Origin: Micavibrio sp. UBA6145
GTDB lineage: Bacteria; Pseudomonadota; Alphaproteobacteria; Micavibrionales; UBA1664
DNA length: 64,000 nt
Assembly: GCA_002423205.1 (NCBI GenBank)
Contig: DIUZ01000023.1
Coordinates: 638-64,637, forward strand
Reading direction: 5' to 3'
Part shown: positions 36,750-47,708 of the stretch, one piece after another
Layout: the number at the start of each line of letters is the position of its first letter
How positions within the stretch are numbered: position 1 is the first letter of the stretch
The notes under the pieces: model-generated
What the model saw: only the letters and a program-made list of their open reading frames with translations
Databases searched by the model: none
What the model was told of the DNA's origin: nothing
Program-made: the position numbers and the translations under genes

Positions 36750-38866
36750 GCACAAAAGCCGCCCGCGCCCAGAACGCCTTTTACACCGTACCCGGACAGG
36801 GTTGGACGTCAGACCTGAAAGATCTGGCTGATCCCACCTGTTTCACCGCGGCGATCGACCTTAAGAACGTCGCGACGGATACGCTGGTCAAGGCGCTCCA
36901 TGACATGACACTGATCCGCGTTGCGGAAGAAGTGATCGCAGACATGGTGGTTGCAGGCGACATTAAATGCCCGACCCACCTGGCCATCGGCCAAGAAGCG
37001 GCGAGCGTTGGCGTGGCTGCGCATTTACGCGCTACCGACCGGGCCTTCGGCTGCCACCGTAGTCACAGCCATTATCTGGCCATGGGCGCGCCGGTCAAAG
37101 AACTGATCGCGGAAACGCTGGGTAAAGTCACCGGCTGTTCCAAGGGCTTCGGCGGGTCCATGCACCTGTTCGCCAAGGAATTCGGTTTCTACGGGTCCGT
37201 CCCCATCGTCGCTGGCACCATTCCGCTGGCCGTTGGCGCAGCGATGGCTGCGAAAATGGACAACAAAGACTCCCTTGATGTCGGCGTTGCGTATTTCGGC
37301 GACGGCGCGTGCGAGGAAGGCGTGTTCCATGAATGCCTGAACATAGCTGCCAGCTTCAAACTGCCGATGATCTTCGTGGTTGAGAATAATCTGTTCTCAA
37401 GCCATCTCGACATCCACCTGCGCCAGCCGTCGGATAAAATCGCGCGTTTCGCAGAGGCTGCCAAAATCAACCACGCCACCGTGGACGGCAACGATGTCGT
37501 CGCGGTGATGGAAGCCGCCGGCGACCTGATCGGCAAAGCCCGCCGCGGCGAAGGCCCGGCACTGATCGAATGCGTTACCTATCGCTGGCGCGGTCACGTC
37601 GGCCCGGATGAAAACATCGATGTCGGCGTGCGCCGTACGGCGGCTGAAGTCGCCGCATGGAAAAAGCGCGATCCGATTGGCCGTCTTCTGCAATCGCTGG
37701 AAGCCCGCGGTTACACGCGTGCGCAGTACGAAGAACTGGAAGCCGGTATCCGCAAGCAGATCATAGCGGACGGCGAGCAAAGCAAAAAAGACCCGTGGCC
37801 TGACAACAGCATGCTGCTCGGTACGGTTTACGCCGCGCCGAAAAAAACCGACACAAAACCGGTTGCCGTCACGCCGACCAAGACTATGAATTACGGCGAA
37901 GCCATCCGCGCCGGTCATGAATACCTGCTGGAACACCACAAGGACGTCTTCGTCTTTGGTCAGGGTGTCTGGAGCCCGTGGTATGTCGGCAATTCCATGA
38001 CCGATTTGGATAAACAATTCGGCCGTGACCGCGTGATCGACACGCCGGTTTCGGAAGCTGCCGCCACTGGCGCCGCCGTTGGCGCGTCTCTGGCCGGTTA
38101 CCGTCCGATTGTCATTCACCCGCGCATCGACTTCATGATTCTGGCGACGGACGCCATTACCAACCAGGCCGCGAAATGGGCGCATATGCTGGGCGGTCAG
38201 GACCGCGCGAAAGTCACCATTCGCGGTATCATCAACCGCGGCGGCGAACAGGGCGCACAACACAGCCAGGCGCTGCATTCATGGTTCGCCCATTTGCCGG
38301 GCCTGCGCGTTGTCATGCCGGCCACCGTGGCCGATGCCCGTGACCTGTTCATCGCGTCCGTATTGTCTGACGACCCGGTCCTGTTTATCGACGACCGCTG
38401 GTGCTACGACCAGAAAGACGACCTGCCCCCGGCCCGCGACATCGACCTGACGACGATCAAACCCGCCGTGCGCCGCGAAGGCACCGACATCACGCTGGTG
38501 GCCGCATCCTATTCGGTGGTGCAGTCGCTTGAAGCCGCGCAGAAACTCGAGACAATGGGCATTTCGGCGGAGGTCATCGACCTTCGTACCATCAACCCGA
38601 TCGACCACAGCGTGGCCGTGCAGTCCGTCACCAAGACCGGCCGCCTTCTGGCTGTCGACGGTGGCTGGAGCAATTGCGGCCTTGCCGGTGAAATCATCGC
38701 CGGCGTGACCGAGCGCGTAGCCTTTGGCACATTAAAAGCCATGCCTGGCCGCGTCACCCTAACCGATGCCCCGGCACCGACGTCGCGCCCGCTGGAGAAA
38801 ATCTACTACACATCGGCGGATGATATCGCCGCGCGTGCGGTTGCCATGGTCAAGGGCCGCGCCTAA
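36746..38866 (+). CDS. fused alpha/beta E1-type thiamine-diphosphate-dependent 2-oxoacid dehydrogenase component
   Basis: The alpha part has HLAIGQEAASVG and the TPP motif YFGDGACEEGVFHECLNIAASFKLPMIFVVENN. The beta part has VFVFGQGV...DTPVSEAAATGAAVGASLAGYRPIV and a transketolase-C-like tail. The candidate TTG start overlaps the DegT stop, so the start is uncertain. Confidence 0.8.
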   Translation: MSTKAARAQNAFYTVPGQGWTSDLKDLADPTCFTAAIDLKNVATDTLVKALHDMTLIRVAEEVIADMVVAGDIKCPTHLAIGQEAASVGVAAHLRATDRAFGCHRSHSHYLAMGAPVKELIAETLGKVTGCSKGFGGSMHLFAKEFGFYGSVPIVAGTIPLAVGAAMAAKMDNKDSLDVGVAYFGDGACEEGVFHECLNIAASFKLPMIFVVENNLFSSHLDIHLRQPSDKIARFAEAAKINHATVDGNDVVAVMEAAGDLIGKARRGEGPALIECVTYRWRGHVGPDENIDVGVRRTAAEVAAWKKRDPIGRLLQSLEARGYTRAQYEELEAGIRKQIIADGEQSKKDPWPDNSMLLGTVYAAPKKTDTKPVAVTPTKTMNYGEAIRAGHEYLLEHHKDVFVFGQGVWSPWYVGNSMTDLDKQFGRDRVIDTPVSEAAATGAAVGASLAGYRPIVIHPRIDFMILATDAITNQAAKWAHMLGGQDRAKVTIRGIINRGGEQGAQHSQALHSWFAHLPGLRVVMPATVADARDLFIASVLSDDPVLFIDDRWCYDQKDDLPPARDIDLTTIKPAVRREGTDITLVAASYSVVQSLEAAQKLETMGISAEVIDLRTINPIDHSVAVQSVTKTGRLLAVDGGWSNCGLAGEIIAGVTERVAFGTLKAMPGRVTLTDAPAPTSRPLEKIYYTSADDIAARAVAMVKGRA

Positions 38867-38890
38867 TATTTTTTCCCGCAAGGAATACAT

Positions 38891-40114
38891 ATGAACAGGT
38901 TATCGAATTATCTTCGTGTCTGGACGCTGGCGCCTGTTCTGGTTTTAGGCCCTGCACTAACATGCGGCATTCCTCGCATCATGGCACCGTTATTCATGAT
39001 CAGCGCATTGCTGACCATTGCCGCCGATTGCTGGATGCGCCGCGCGCGCCCGACAATTGATAGACATCTTGGTGCGCTGTTTGGTGCATTCCTTATCTTC
39101 GGGATGATTTCTTATCTGTGGACCATCAACCCGGACGATACGTTTTCCAAGACAGTGCAACTGGGGATGATCTTCCTGCCGCTGGCGTTTCTTGTGCAGG
39201 TCATTAGGCGCATGAGCGAGGCGGAGCTTAAAAAGCTGGGCCAACTGGCCATGGCCGGTTTTGGTATCGGCCTTACCGTCTTTTGTATTGAGAAATACAT
39301 GGGTCACCCGTTTTATGAGACCCTGCGCGGCGGGCAATCCAACGACGTCGTCGATAACAAGGAAAACAAGGCCATCGTGCTTCTGGCTTTCTGGATGTAC
39401 ATCATGGCGGCCTATGCACGCCCTGTCTGGGGCAAGATTGCCATGACCGTCATCGGCTGCGTCATCTCTTATCTGACAATTAATTCACCCAGCGATTCCG
39501 CACAGCTTATCATGATGGTCATGCCGGTGTTTATCGCCATCGTTCTGGTCCTGCCAACACGGCTTCTGACGAAGCTGGTTCTGACGGGTACGTGCCTTTT
39601 GACGCTGAGCATGCCGCTGATTTCTTACGGCGTTGCGAACCATACCAACTGGAAAGACAATTATAGCCTGACATCATCGGTACGATCCCGTATCGAGATA
39701 TGGGACCAGACAGCACGCCGTTCTTTCGAGAAACCTGTGTTCGGCTGGGGATTGCAATCATCGCCCATGATGCCTAGCCGCGGCGAGCTTGCCTATGATA
39801 CCGGTCATCCCATTCATCACATGCACCCGCACAATGCACCGTTGCAGATATGGTTTGAGACAGGCCTGCTGGGCATTGCCATGACATGTGCGATGTTCTT
39901 CGTATTCTATCGCCGCATAAATGCATTTTCGTCGGCGTGGACGCAGAAATACGCGGTGTTCATGTGGGGCGGCGTGTTTGCCTATACCCTGTCGATATGG
40001 GGGCTGTGGCAGACATGGTTCTCCTCCACGCTGGCCTTTATGGGGCTGATGACCTATGCCGGCGCACGGTACATAGAATTCAAACACTCATCCCAAAACA
40101 AAACGGCCGCTTAA
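38891..40114 (+). CDS. O-antigen ligase / Wzy_C-family membrane protein
   Basis: Polytopic. IWDQTARRSFEKPVFGWG...HMHPHNAPLQIWFETGLLGIAM is the Wzy_C signature. Confidence 0.7.
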   Translation: MNRLSNYLRVWTLAPVLVLGPALTCGIPRIMAPLFMISALLTIAADCWMRRARPTIDRHLGALFGAFLIFGMISYLWTINPDDTFSKTVQLGMIFLPLAFLVQVIRRMSEAELKKLGQLAMAGFGIGLTVFCIEKYMGHPFYETLRGGQSNDVVDNKENKAIVLLAFWMYIMAAYARPVWGKIAMTVIGCVISYLTINSPSDSAQLIMMVMPVFIAIVLVLPTRLLTKLVLTGTCLLTLSMPLISYGVANHTNWKDNYSLTSSVRSRIEIWDQTARRSFEKPVFGWGLQSSPMMPSRGELAYDTGHPIHHMHPHNAPLQIWFETGLLGIAMTCAMFFVFYRRINAFSSAWTQKYAVFMWGGVFAYTLSIWGLWQTWFSSTLAFMGLMTYAGARYIEFKHSSQNKTAA

Positions 40115-40133
40115 AGCGGCCGTTTCTTTAGTT
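40101..40133. terminator. bidirectional terminator hairpin between the glycan locus and ftsH
   Basis: Hairpin aaacggccgc-ttaaa-gcggccgttt, followed by ctttagttt and preceded by an A-run. Confidence 0.7.
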
Positions 40134-40143
40134 TGTATAAACC

Positions 40144-42060
<1,917 letters not shown>

Positions 42061-42104
42061 GGATGATGCCCCACGTTTAAACGCTTAAAATGCTTATCTA
42101 TTTA

Positions 42105-43097
42105 TTATAAGGCATCTGCCGTTAAAGGCAATAATTTCACCGCTTTATCGGTGTTTTCGCGGGCGATAACAAGGGTTTGACGGCGCGGATTCGCGCGCAG
42201 CGTACATCCACCGAGCGTATAGGCCTGCGGTACGGCTGTATTCAGCAGATGGGTTGCGATGTCCTCCACCCGTTCAAACCGCGCGCCGTGCTCGCCGCCA
42301 TGGCCCAGTTCGTCGATGCACATGCGGATGACGCGGACGGATAATTCGAATGGTTCGGCCTTGAGCATCGACAGGTCCAGCGTCCACGCGCTGTCGTCAT
42401 TGGATGTGCGGGCACGGTCCAGAAGACGCACCGAAAGCTGGCGCAACGCATCGGATGCGCGGCCCAGACGGCGCATGGTGGATGCGAGGCGTTTCTCCGA
42501 CAGACCCTCGTCCTTCAGCGCAAGGCGCAGGCGGTTTCGCGTGTAGGCCGTGTTGCGATTGGTGGGGTCTTCCACCCACTTCACGTCATTGCCACGGCAA
42601 TAAGCGACCAGATCGTCATGGGACACCTGCCCCAGCAGCGGACGCCAGAGCGTGACATCATCGTCATAACGCTGCATCTCCCGCATCGCGGCCAGACCGT
42701 CGAGGCCGGAACCGTGCGTCAGGCGCATGAAAAAAGTTTCCGCCTGATCGTCGGCGTGATGGGCGACCGCCAGATGCGTGATGTCGTGGGTACGGCAGTA
42801 TTCAGCCATCAGGCCGTAACGTGCGGCGCGTGCGGCTTCCATGCGCCCGGTTGATGGTTTGGTGCCATCCCAGCGCAGAATGATGTGCCTGACATTGGGC
42901 CAGTCTGATACCCATGCGCCGATTTTTGCGGCTTCGTCCGCACTGTCGTCGCGCAGGCCGTGGTCCACCGTGATGGCATGAATATCGGGATGAAGTTGCG
43001 CCAGCATATGCAGGAGCGCCATGGAATCGGCACCGCCCGACAGCGCGAGCGCAATCGTATTCGTGTTTTCAGGCAGTGTGAGGCTTAAGCCTTGCAT
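42105..43097 (-). CDS. tilS: tRNA(Ile)-lysidine synthase
   Basis: PP-loop LALSGGADSMALLHML followed by VDHGLR. Confidence 0.85.
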   Translation of the reverse strand: MQGLSLTLPENTNTIALALSGGADSMALLHMLAQLHPDIHAITVDHGLRDDSADEAAKIGAWVSDWPNVRHIILRWDGTKPSTGRMEAARAARYGLMAEYCRTHDITHLAVAHHADDQAETFFMRLTHGSGLDGLAAMREMQRYDDDVTLWRPLLGQVSHDDLVAYCRGNDVKWVEDPTNRNTAYTRNRLRLALKDEGLSEKRLASTMRRLGRASDALRQLSVRLLDRARTSNDDSAWTLDLSMLKAEPFELSVRVIRMCIDELGHGGEHGARFERVEDIATHLLNTAVPQAYTLGGCTLRANPRRQTLVIARENTDKAVKLLPLTADAL

Positions 43098-44047
43098 TCC
43101 ATGCGCTGACGCTCTTCCTCGGCCTTGCGCAATGTGGAGGCAGGACCGGCGGGGAAGCGTTTGCCAAGCTCAACCAAGGTCAGGCAGGCATCGGCGCGTT
43201 TATTCATCTTGTCGAGCGTCATCGCCAGTTTCAGCAGCGCGTCGGCGGCTTTCTGGCCATTCGGATGATCCTGGAACGCCTTGGCAAAGGTTTTGGCGGC
43301 GGTCGAATACTGGGTCTGCGCGTAATAGGTTTCGCCCAGCCAGTATTGCGCGTTCGCAGCCAGCGCGTGCGTCGGATATGTTTTCAGGAAATCGGTGAAT
43401 GCGGTTTGCGCATCGGTGTAATTGGATTGCTGCAGATACGAAAACGCCTTGTCATAGGCCTGCGGCGCGTTGGTCGTGCCCTGTGGCGTGCCCGATGTGA
43501 TCGCGCCGCCATTATTGCCGGTTTTTTCGTTGATCTGGCCCAGTGTGGGCGTGTTGGTCGGCTGGTACGCGCCGTTCGGATCGGTCACCCCGCCGGTAAC
43601 AGGCGCGGTTGCAGCGGGATTGTTTTGCAGCGGTGCCGGGTTGGGCGGCGTTGCGCCCATGTCGGCGTTCATCGGTGCAGAGACCGGCGGTGTTGATGTG
43701 TCGGTGACGGCGGGTGCAGATGCGCCGCGGTCTTCCAGCGATTTCAGGCGCTGTTCAGTGTCGGTCTTGTATTTATCGAATTGGGATTGCAACTGGCGGA
43801 TCGCAAAATCGCGCTGTTCCAGCTGGTTGGTCATGTCGCGGATTTGTTGTTCCAGCTGCGCGGCCTTGGTCATGTCACCCATGACCGGGGCACCGCCCTG
43901 CTGTTGTCCGGCGCTGATGGCCTGCGCATCGCCGGGGCCCGCATATTGCATACCCTGCGCGTTGGCGCTGTTAACAGCGAACCCTGCCGCGAGCGGCAGG
44001 GTTGCGCAAAAGAGTAAGGATGCGAATGTGTTACGCATCGGGCGCAT
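43085..44047 (-). CDS. cpoB: Tol-Pal system protein CpoB/YbgF
   Basis: Signal peptide, a coiled-coil segment, a low-complexity linker and a C-terminal TPR region YDKAFSYLQQSNYTDAQTAFTDFLKTYPTHALAANAQYWLGETYY. Confidence 0.8.
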   Translation of the reverse strand: MRPMRNTFASLLFCATLPLAAGFAVNSANAQGMQYAGPGDAQAISAGQQQGGAPVMGDMTKAAQLEQQIRDMTNQLEQRDFAIRQLQSQFDKYKTDTEQRLKSLEDRGASAPAVTDTSTPPVSAPMNADMGATPPNPAPLQNNPAATAPVTGGVTDPNGAYQPTNTPTLGQINEKTGNNGGAITSGTPQGTTNAPQAYDKAFSYLQQSNYTDAQTAFTDFLKTYPTHALAANAQYWLGETYYAQTQYSTAAKTFAKAFQDHPNGQKAADALLKLAMTLDKMNKRADACLTLVELGKRFPAGPASTLRKAEEERQRMECKA

Positions 44048-44050
44048 CGA

Positions 44051-44599
44051 TTAGTCGACGTGCGTGACGGAGCGGCGGTTCTGAGCCCAGGACTGAGCAT
44101 CCGAACCGGTGACTTCCGGACGTTCTTTGCCGTACGAAATCGTCTTCACGCGGGAAGCCGAAACGCCGAGCGAGACCAGGTAGTCACGGACCGAGTTGGC
44201 GCGCTTGTCGCCGAGGGCCAGGTTGTATTCGCGGGTGCCGCGTTCGTCAGCGTGGCCTTCAACCGTGATCGAAACGTTCGGGTACTGGTTCAGCCACTGC
44301 GATTGCAGTTGCAGCTGTTGCAGTGCTTCCGGGGTCAGGTCGTAGCGGTCGTAACCGAAGTAGACGCGGTCGCCGACGTTGACGGTCAGATCTTCCTGCG
44401 AGCCAGCGATCACGTTGCCCTGAACGCCAGTGGTGCCAGCGGAGCCGAGCATGCCTTCACCTGAGCCGGAAACCGAGCCCTGACCCTGCACGACCGAGTC
44501 GGCGTAGGGCTGTTCGGTCTTGCCTTTGGCGCACGCGGCCAGAGCCAGCGTGGAAACTGCCAGAAGGGCAAGAACGGTGTAACGGGATTTGGTACGCAT
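44051..44599 (-). CDS. pal: peptidoglycan-associated lipoprotein Pal
   Basis: Lipobox LALAAC, then an OmpA-like domain VYFGYDRYDL...ITVEGHADERGTREYNLALGDKRA. Confidence 0.9.
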   Translation of the reverse strand: MRTKSRYTVLALLAVSTLALAACAKGKTEQPYADSVVQGQGSVSGSGEGMLGSAGTTGVQGNVIAGSQEDLTVNVGDRVYFGYDRYDLTPEALQQLQLQSQWLNQYPNVSITVEGHADERGTREYNLALGDKRANSVRDYLVSLGVSASRVKTISYGKERPEVTGSDAQSWAQNRRSVTHVD

Positions 44600-44804
44600 C
44601 GGCGCTATCTCCTAAAAAATTTCGTTGGCCTTGATTAGATGGTGATCAACATGGAGCAGAGGTCAATTTCAATCAAGGGGTCATGGCGTTTAGTCCATGA
44701 TTATCTTGGGGATGGATTGGGGCAGCGATATGGCACTTATCTCATTTTTTTTACGGCAAAAGCGGTAGCAATAGCGCCGCAAGAAATATATGTTTTCATA
44801 AACA

Positions 44805-45659
44805 TCAATTCAGGCCCGATTTTATCTGTGCCAGCAGGGCCGCCGCGTCGTGCTTATCCTTGGGATTGGGGACATTGGCGATGTAACGCTCAAGCGATTC
44901 GATGGCGGCGACGGGCCGCTCCAGCCGCGACAACAACACGCCGGCGTCGAGATCGAGGCGATATTCCTGCGGGGCCATGCGTTTCATCAGATCAACGGTC
45001 GCAAGCGCCGCGTTGTAATCTTCCGATTCGATGTGACGCAGCTTGATGTTGTTTTGCAGGCGCACCAGCGTTTCGCGGTTGGTGGCGGGTTCGTAATAGG
45101 TACTGGACAGTTCCGCCTTCGGGCCCATCGTGGTTTTAAGAATGTCGCGCAGATCTGGGGCCTCAAGGATGATGCAGCCCTGGAACGGATCAATAATGAC
45201 GCGCTTGCCGTCCTGGTCGAGGCGGACGACGTAATGCGCCGGAAAATTGATGCCAAGCACCGGCCAGCCGACATCGCGCCCCATGATGATGCAGAGAATC
45301 GACAACGCAATGGGCAGCCCCAGACGCCGGTCGATGACCCGCACCATGTCGGCGTTCTGCAGGTCGTTGTAACGGAAGTCATCGCCGATATAACCGTGTT
45401 TGCGGGTGAACACTTCCGCCAGCGCCGCGACCTTGGCGTGGATGTCGTCCGCGCCACGATCAGCATAGGTTTGTTGCAGGTCTTCGGCCAGCCGGATGCG
45501 GTGCTGGCGGTATTTGTCGAGGGAAAGACCGGGATGATTCTGCGCCGAGAGGGCGAGCGCGGTTTCGAACATGTCGATATCCGCATCGGCCTGCGTGCCG
45601 ACCGAATCCAGATAATCCAGAGCCTCACCTATCGATGCGAAGCCCCGTTTTTCTATCAA
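44805..45659 (-). CDS. SirB1/YchA-family protein (transglutaminase-like N-domain plus TPR)
   Basis: YIGDDFRYNDLQNADMVRVIDRRLGLPIALSILCIIMGRDVGWPVLGINFPAHYVVRL is the typical SirB1 N-domain pattern, and the C-terminal part is TPR-like. Confidence 0.65.
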   Translation of the reverse strand: MIEKRGFASIGEALDYLDSVGTQADADIDMFETALALSAQNHPGLSLDKYRQHRIRLAEDLQQTYADRGADDIHAKVAALAEVFTRKHGYIGDDFRYNDLQNADMVRVIDRRLGLPIALSILCIIMGRDVGWPVLGINFPAHYVVRLDQDGKRVIIDPFQGCIILEAPDLRDILKTTMGPKAELSSTYYEPATNRETLVRLQNNIKLRHIESEDYNAALATVDLMKRMAPQEYRLDLDAGVLLSRLERPVAAIESLERYIANVPNPKDKHDAAALLAQIKSGLN

Positions 45660-46441
45660 CGTGATTCTCCGTTATCGACGATGGGCGCGGGACGGCCCGG
45701 AACGATGGGCGCGCGCGGCTGGGTCGTATTGGAATCAAGCGGCGTGGCTGATACCGCGCCCACGGATGCATTACTGCTGGTGCCCATATCGACACCGTTG
45801 TTGGGCTGATATACGGGCGCGGCGGTGGCCGGGGCTACATTGCCGGACGCCGTGACAGGCGTGCCCGCCAGCTTCACGTAAGACACAACCTGTTTCACGT
45901 AAGGCACTGATCTTGCGTAGCCCATAACCTTGTCGAGTTCGGCCTGATCGCGGGCGACGCCCATCAGGTAGACCGTGGCCTGAACCGTATCGATGGAGTA
46001 ATTGACGCCCTGGACATCTTTGTCGAACAGGATGGCGGAGCGCAGACGCGCGCTGATCCAGCTGTCGCGGGCCCAGCCCTTGATGCCTTCGGAATTGGCG
46101 ACCTTGATTTCGTTGATGACCTGTTTCACGCCCGGTGCCTGCCATGCGAGGCGGACGGCGTCGACGCGGTCTTGCGGTTTTTGCACCACACCAGTGATCA
46201 GGACGCGGCCCTGATCGACGGAGAGCGATAATTTCGCATACATTTCAACGCTGTTCTGGATCCAGAGATTGTGGATCGTGGCCGAGATCTTGGCGTCTTC
46301 CAGCGACTGGGTGATACCCCCTTCCCGTGCAGCAGCGACGCCTGCGGTGGAGCCGACCGTTGCGCCAACACCCACGGCGGTGCACCCCGCGTTCAGGGTG
46401 GTCAGGGCAAGAAGAGCAAAAAGGGGAAGCGCGCGTTTCAT
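45656..46441 (-). CDS. BON-domain lipoprotein (DolP/YraP/OsmY-like)
   Basis: Lipobox LNAGC and two BON-like repeats (...LSVDQGRVLITGVV..., ...DTVQATVYLMGVA...), followed by a low-complexity tail. Confidence 0.7.
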   Translation of the reverse strand: MKRALPLFALLALTTLNAGCTAVGVGATVGSTAGVAAAREGGITQSLEDAKISATIHNLWIQNSVEMYAKLSLSVDQGRVLITGVVQKPQDRVDAVRLAWQAPGVKQVINEIKVANSEGIKGWARDSWISARLRSAILFDKDVQGVNYSIDTVQATVYLMGVARDQAELDKVMGYARSVPYVKQVVSYVKLAGTPVTASGNVAPATAAPVYQPNNGVDMGTSSNASVGAVSATPLDSNTTQPRAPIVPGRPAPIVDNGESR

Positions 46442-46459
46442 TGGTAACCTCGATAACCT

Positions 46460-46810
46460 CTAGAAAGCATTGTGAATATGCCGAATCCGAGCGTAAGGCG
46501 CGATGGCAATGACGTCAAAGCGTAAGTCACATTTATCTGCAATGCCGTTGTGGGATTTCAACCACCATTCGGCTGCACGCCTGATTCTGGCGACACTGTC
46601 TGGCGAAATTGCGGCAAGCGCATCGTCCATAACCATGCGGCGCTTGACCTCCACAAAAGCGACGGTGCGACCACGTTTGGCAATGATATCAATCTCCCCC
46701 ACCGGGGTCTTGAAGCGGCGATTGAGAATGCGGTAGCCGCATAGCATCAGAAAAATCGCGGCGAGCGTTTCCGCAAACAGGCCGGTCTGGTGGGTTTGTC
46801 TATTGCCCAT
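46460..46810 (-). CDS. yraN: YraN-family (UPF0102) endonuclease-like protein
   Basis: GLFAETLAAIFLMLCGYRILNRRFKTPVGEIDIIAKRGRTVAFVEVKRR is the canonical UPF0102 pattern. Confidence 0.85.
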   Translation of the reverse strand: MGNRQTHQTGLFAETLAAIFLMLCGYRILNRRFKTPVGEIDIIAKRGRTVAFVEVKRRMVMDDALAAISPDSVARIRRAAEWWLKSHNGIADKCDLRFDVIAIAPYARIRHIHNAF

Positions 46811-47681
46811 TCTTCAATGTCAGCGCCAGATCATAGACGGTTTTCTTTTGTGCACCGGTCATGGCGGCGACATGTGCGGCGGCGTCCTTGACCGACATGG
46901 TTGTCATCGCGCGCTTCAGCGCGGCGGCAATATCGTCTTCGGTTGCAGGGGCATTCACCGGCGCGCCGATCATCAGGACGATCTCGCCCTTTAATGTGCC
47001 GAGCAGTGTTTCATCGGCAGCCCATGCGGCCAGCGTGCCGTGCTTGGCCTGTTCATGCAGCTTGGTGATTTCGCGGGCCATGGCGACCGGGCGGTCGCCC
47101 AGCACTTCCAGCGCGTCGATCACGGTTTCGGCCACGCGGTTGGGCGATTCATAAAAGGCCAGTGTAGCCGGCACGGTCTTAAGCGCGGTCAGTGCGGTTT
47201 TACGCGCCGTCGATTTGGACGGCAGGAAGCCCGCAAACAGGAATTTATCGCAAGGCAGCCCGCCCAGTTGCAACGCCGGCAGCACCGCATTGGCACCCGG
47301 CACGGGCACCACGGCAATGCCGCGGTCGAAACAGCCATGGACGAGTTTGTAACCGGGGTCGGACACAAGCGGCGTTCCCGCATCGGTCACAAGGGCCAGC
47401 GCCTTGCCGTTTTCCAGATGCCCCAGAATCTTGTCGCGGTCGGCATCGTCGCTATGGTCGTTATAGACGACCATTTTCTTTTTAATGTTGTAGGCGTTGA
47501 GCAGCTTGGCGGTGACACGCGTGTCTTCACAGATCACGCAGTCACACCCTTCCAGAATGTCGATGGCGCGCAAGGTTATATCACGCAGGTTTCCAATCGG
47601 CGTGGACACCAGATAAAGACCGGGCGCGAGAGGGCCCGGTTGCATGTCGTCCGTATCCGTGGAATGAATAAGCGTGGTCAT
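46800..47681 (-). CDS. rsmI: 16S rRNA (cytidine1402-2'-O)-methyltransferase
   Basis: LYLVSTPIGNLRDITLRAIDILEGCDCVICEDTR is the RsmI N-terminal motif. I chose the start at 47681 (MTTLIHS); 47645 is possible. The ORF-track start at 47930 is rejected. Confidence 0.85.
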   Translation of the reverse strand: MTTLIHSTDTDDMQPGPLAPGLYLVSTPIGNLRDITLRAIDILEGCDCVICEDTRVTAKLLNAYNIKKKMVVYNDHSDDADRDKILGHLENGKALALVTDAGTPLVSDPGYKLVHGCFDRGIAVVPVPGANAVLPALQLGGLPCDKFLFAGFLPSKSTARKTALTALKTVPATLAFYESPNRVAETVIDALEVLGDRPVAMAREITKLHEQAKHGTLAAWAADETLLGTLKGEIVLMIGAPVNAPATEDDIAAALKRAMTTMSVKDAAAHVAAMTGAQKKTVYDLALTLKNGQ

Positions 47682-47708
47682 ACGGGCCACTATATAAGGG
47701 ATTTTGCG

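Noticed and set aside
35565-36755. 396-aa ORF on the minus strand spanning almost exactly the DegT aminotransferase gene
   Set aside because: The plus-strand product has clear DegT motifs, including the PLP lysine. The antisense product is Arg/Ala/Val-rich and low-complexity with no motif. Long antisense frames are expected in GC-rich coding DNA.
47040-47708. 223-codon N-terminal extension of the lpoA-like ORF, which would make it 648 aa
   Set aside because: The extension is entirely antisense to rsmI. The Met at 47709 is followed immediately by a lipoprotein signal peptide (LVLAGC).
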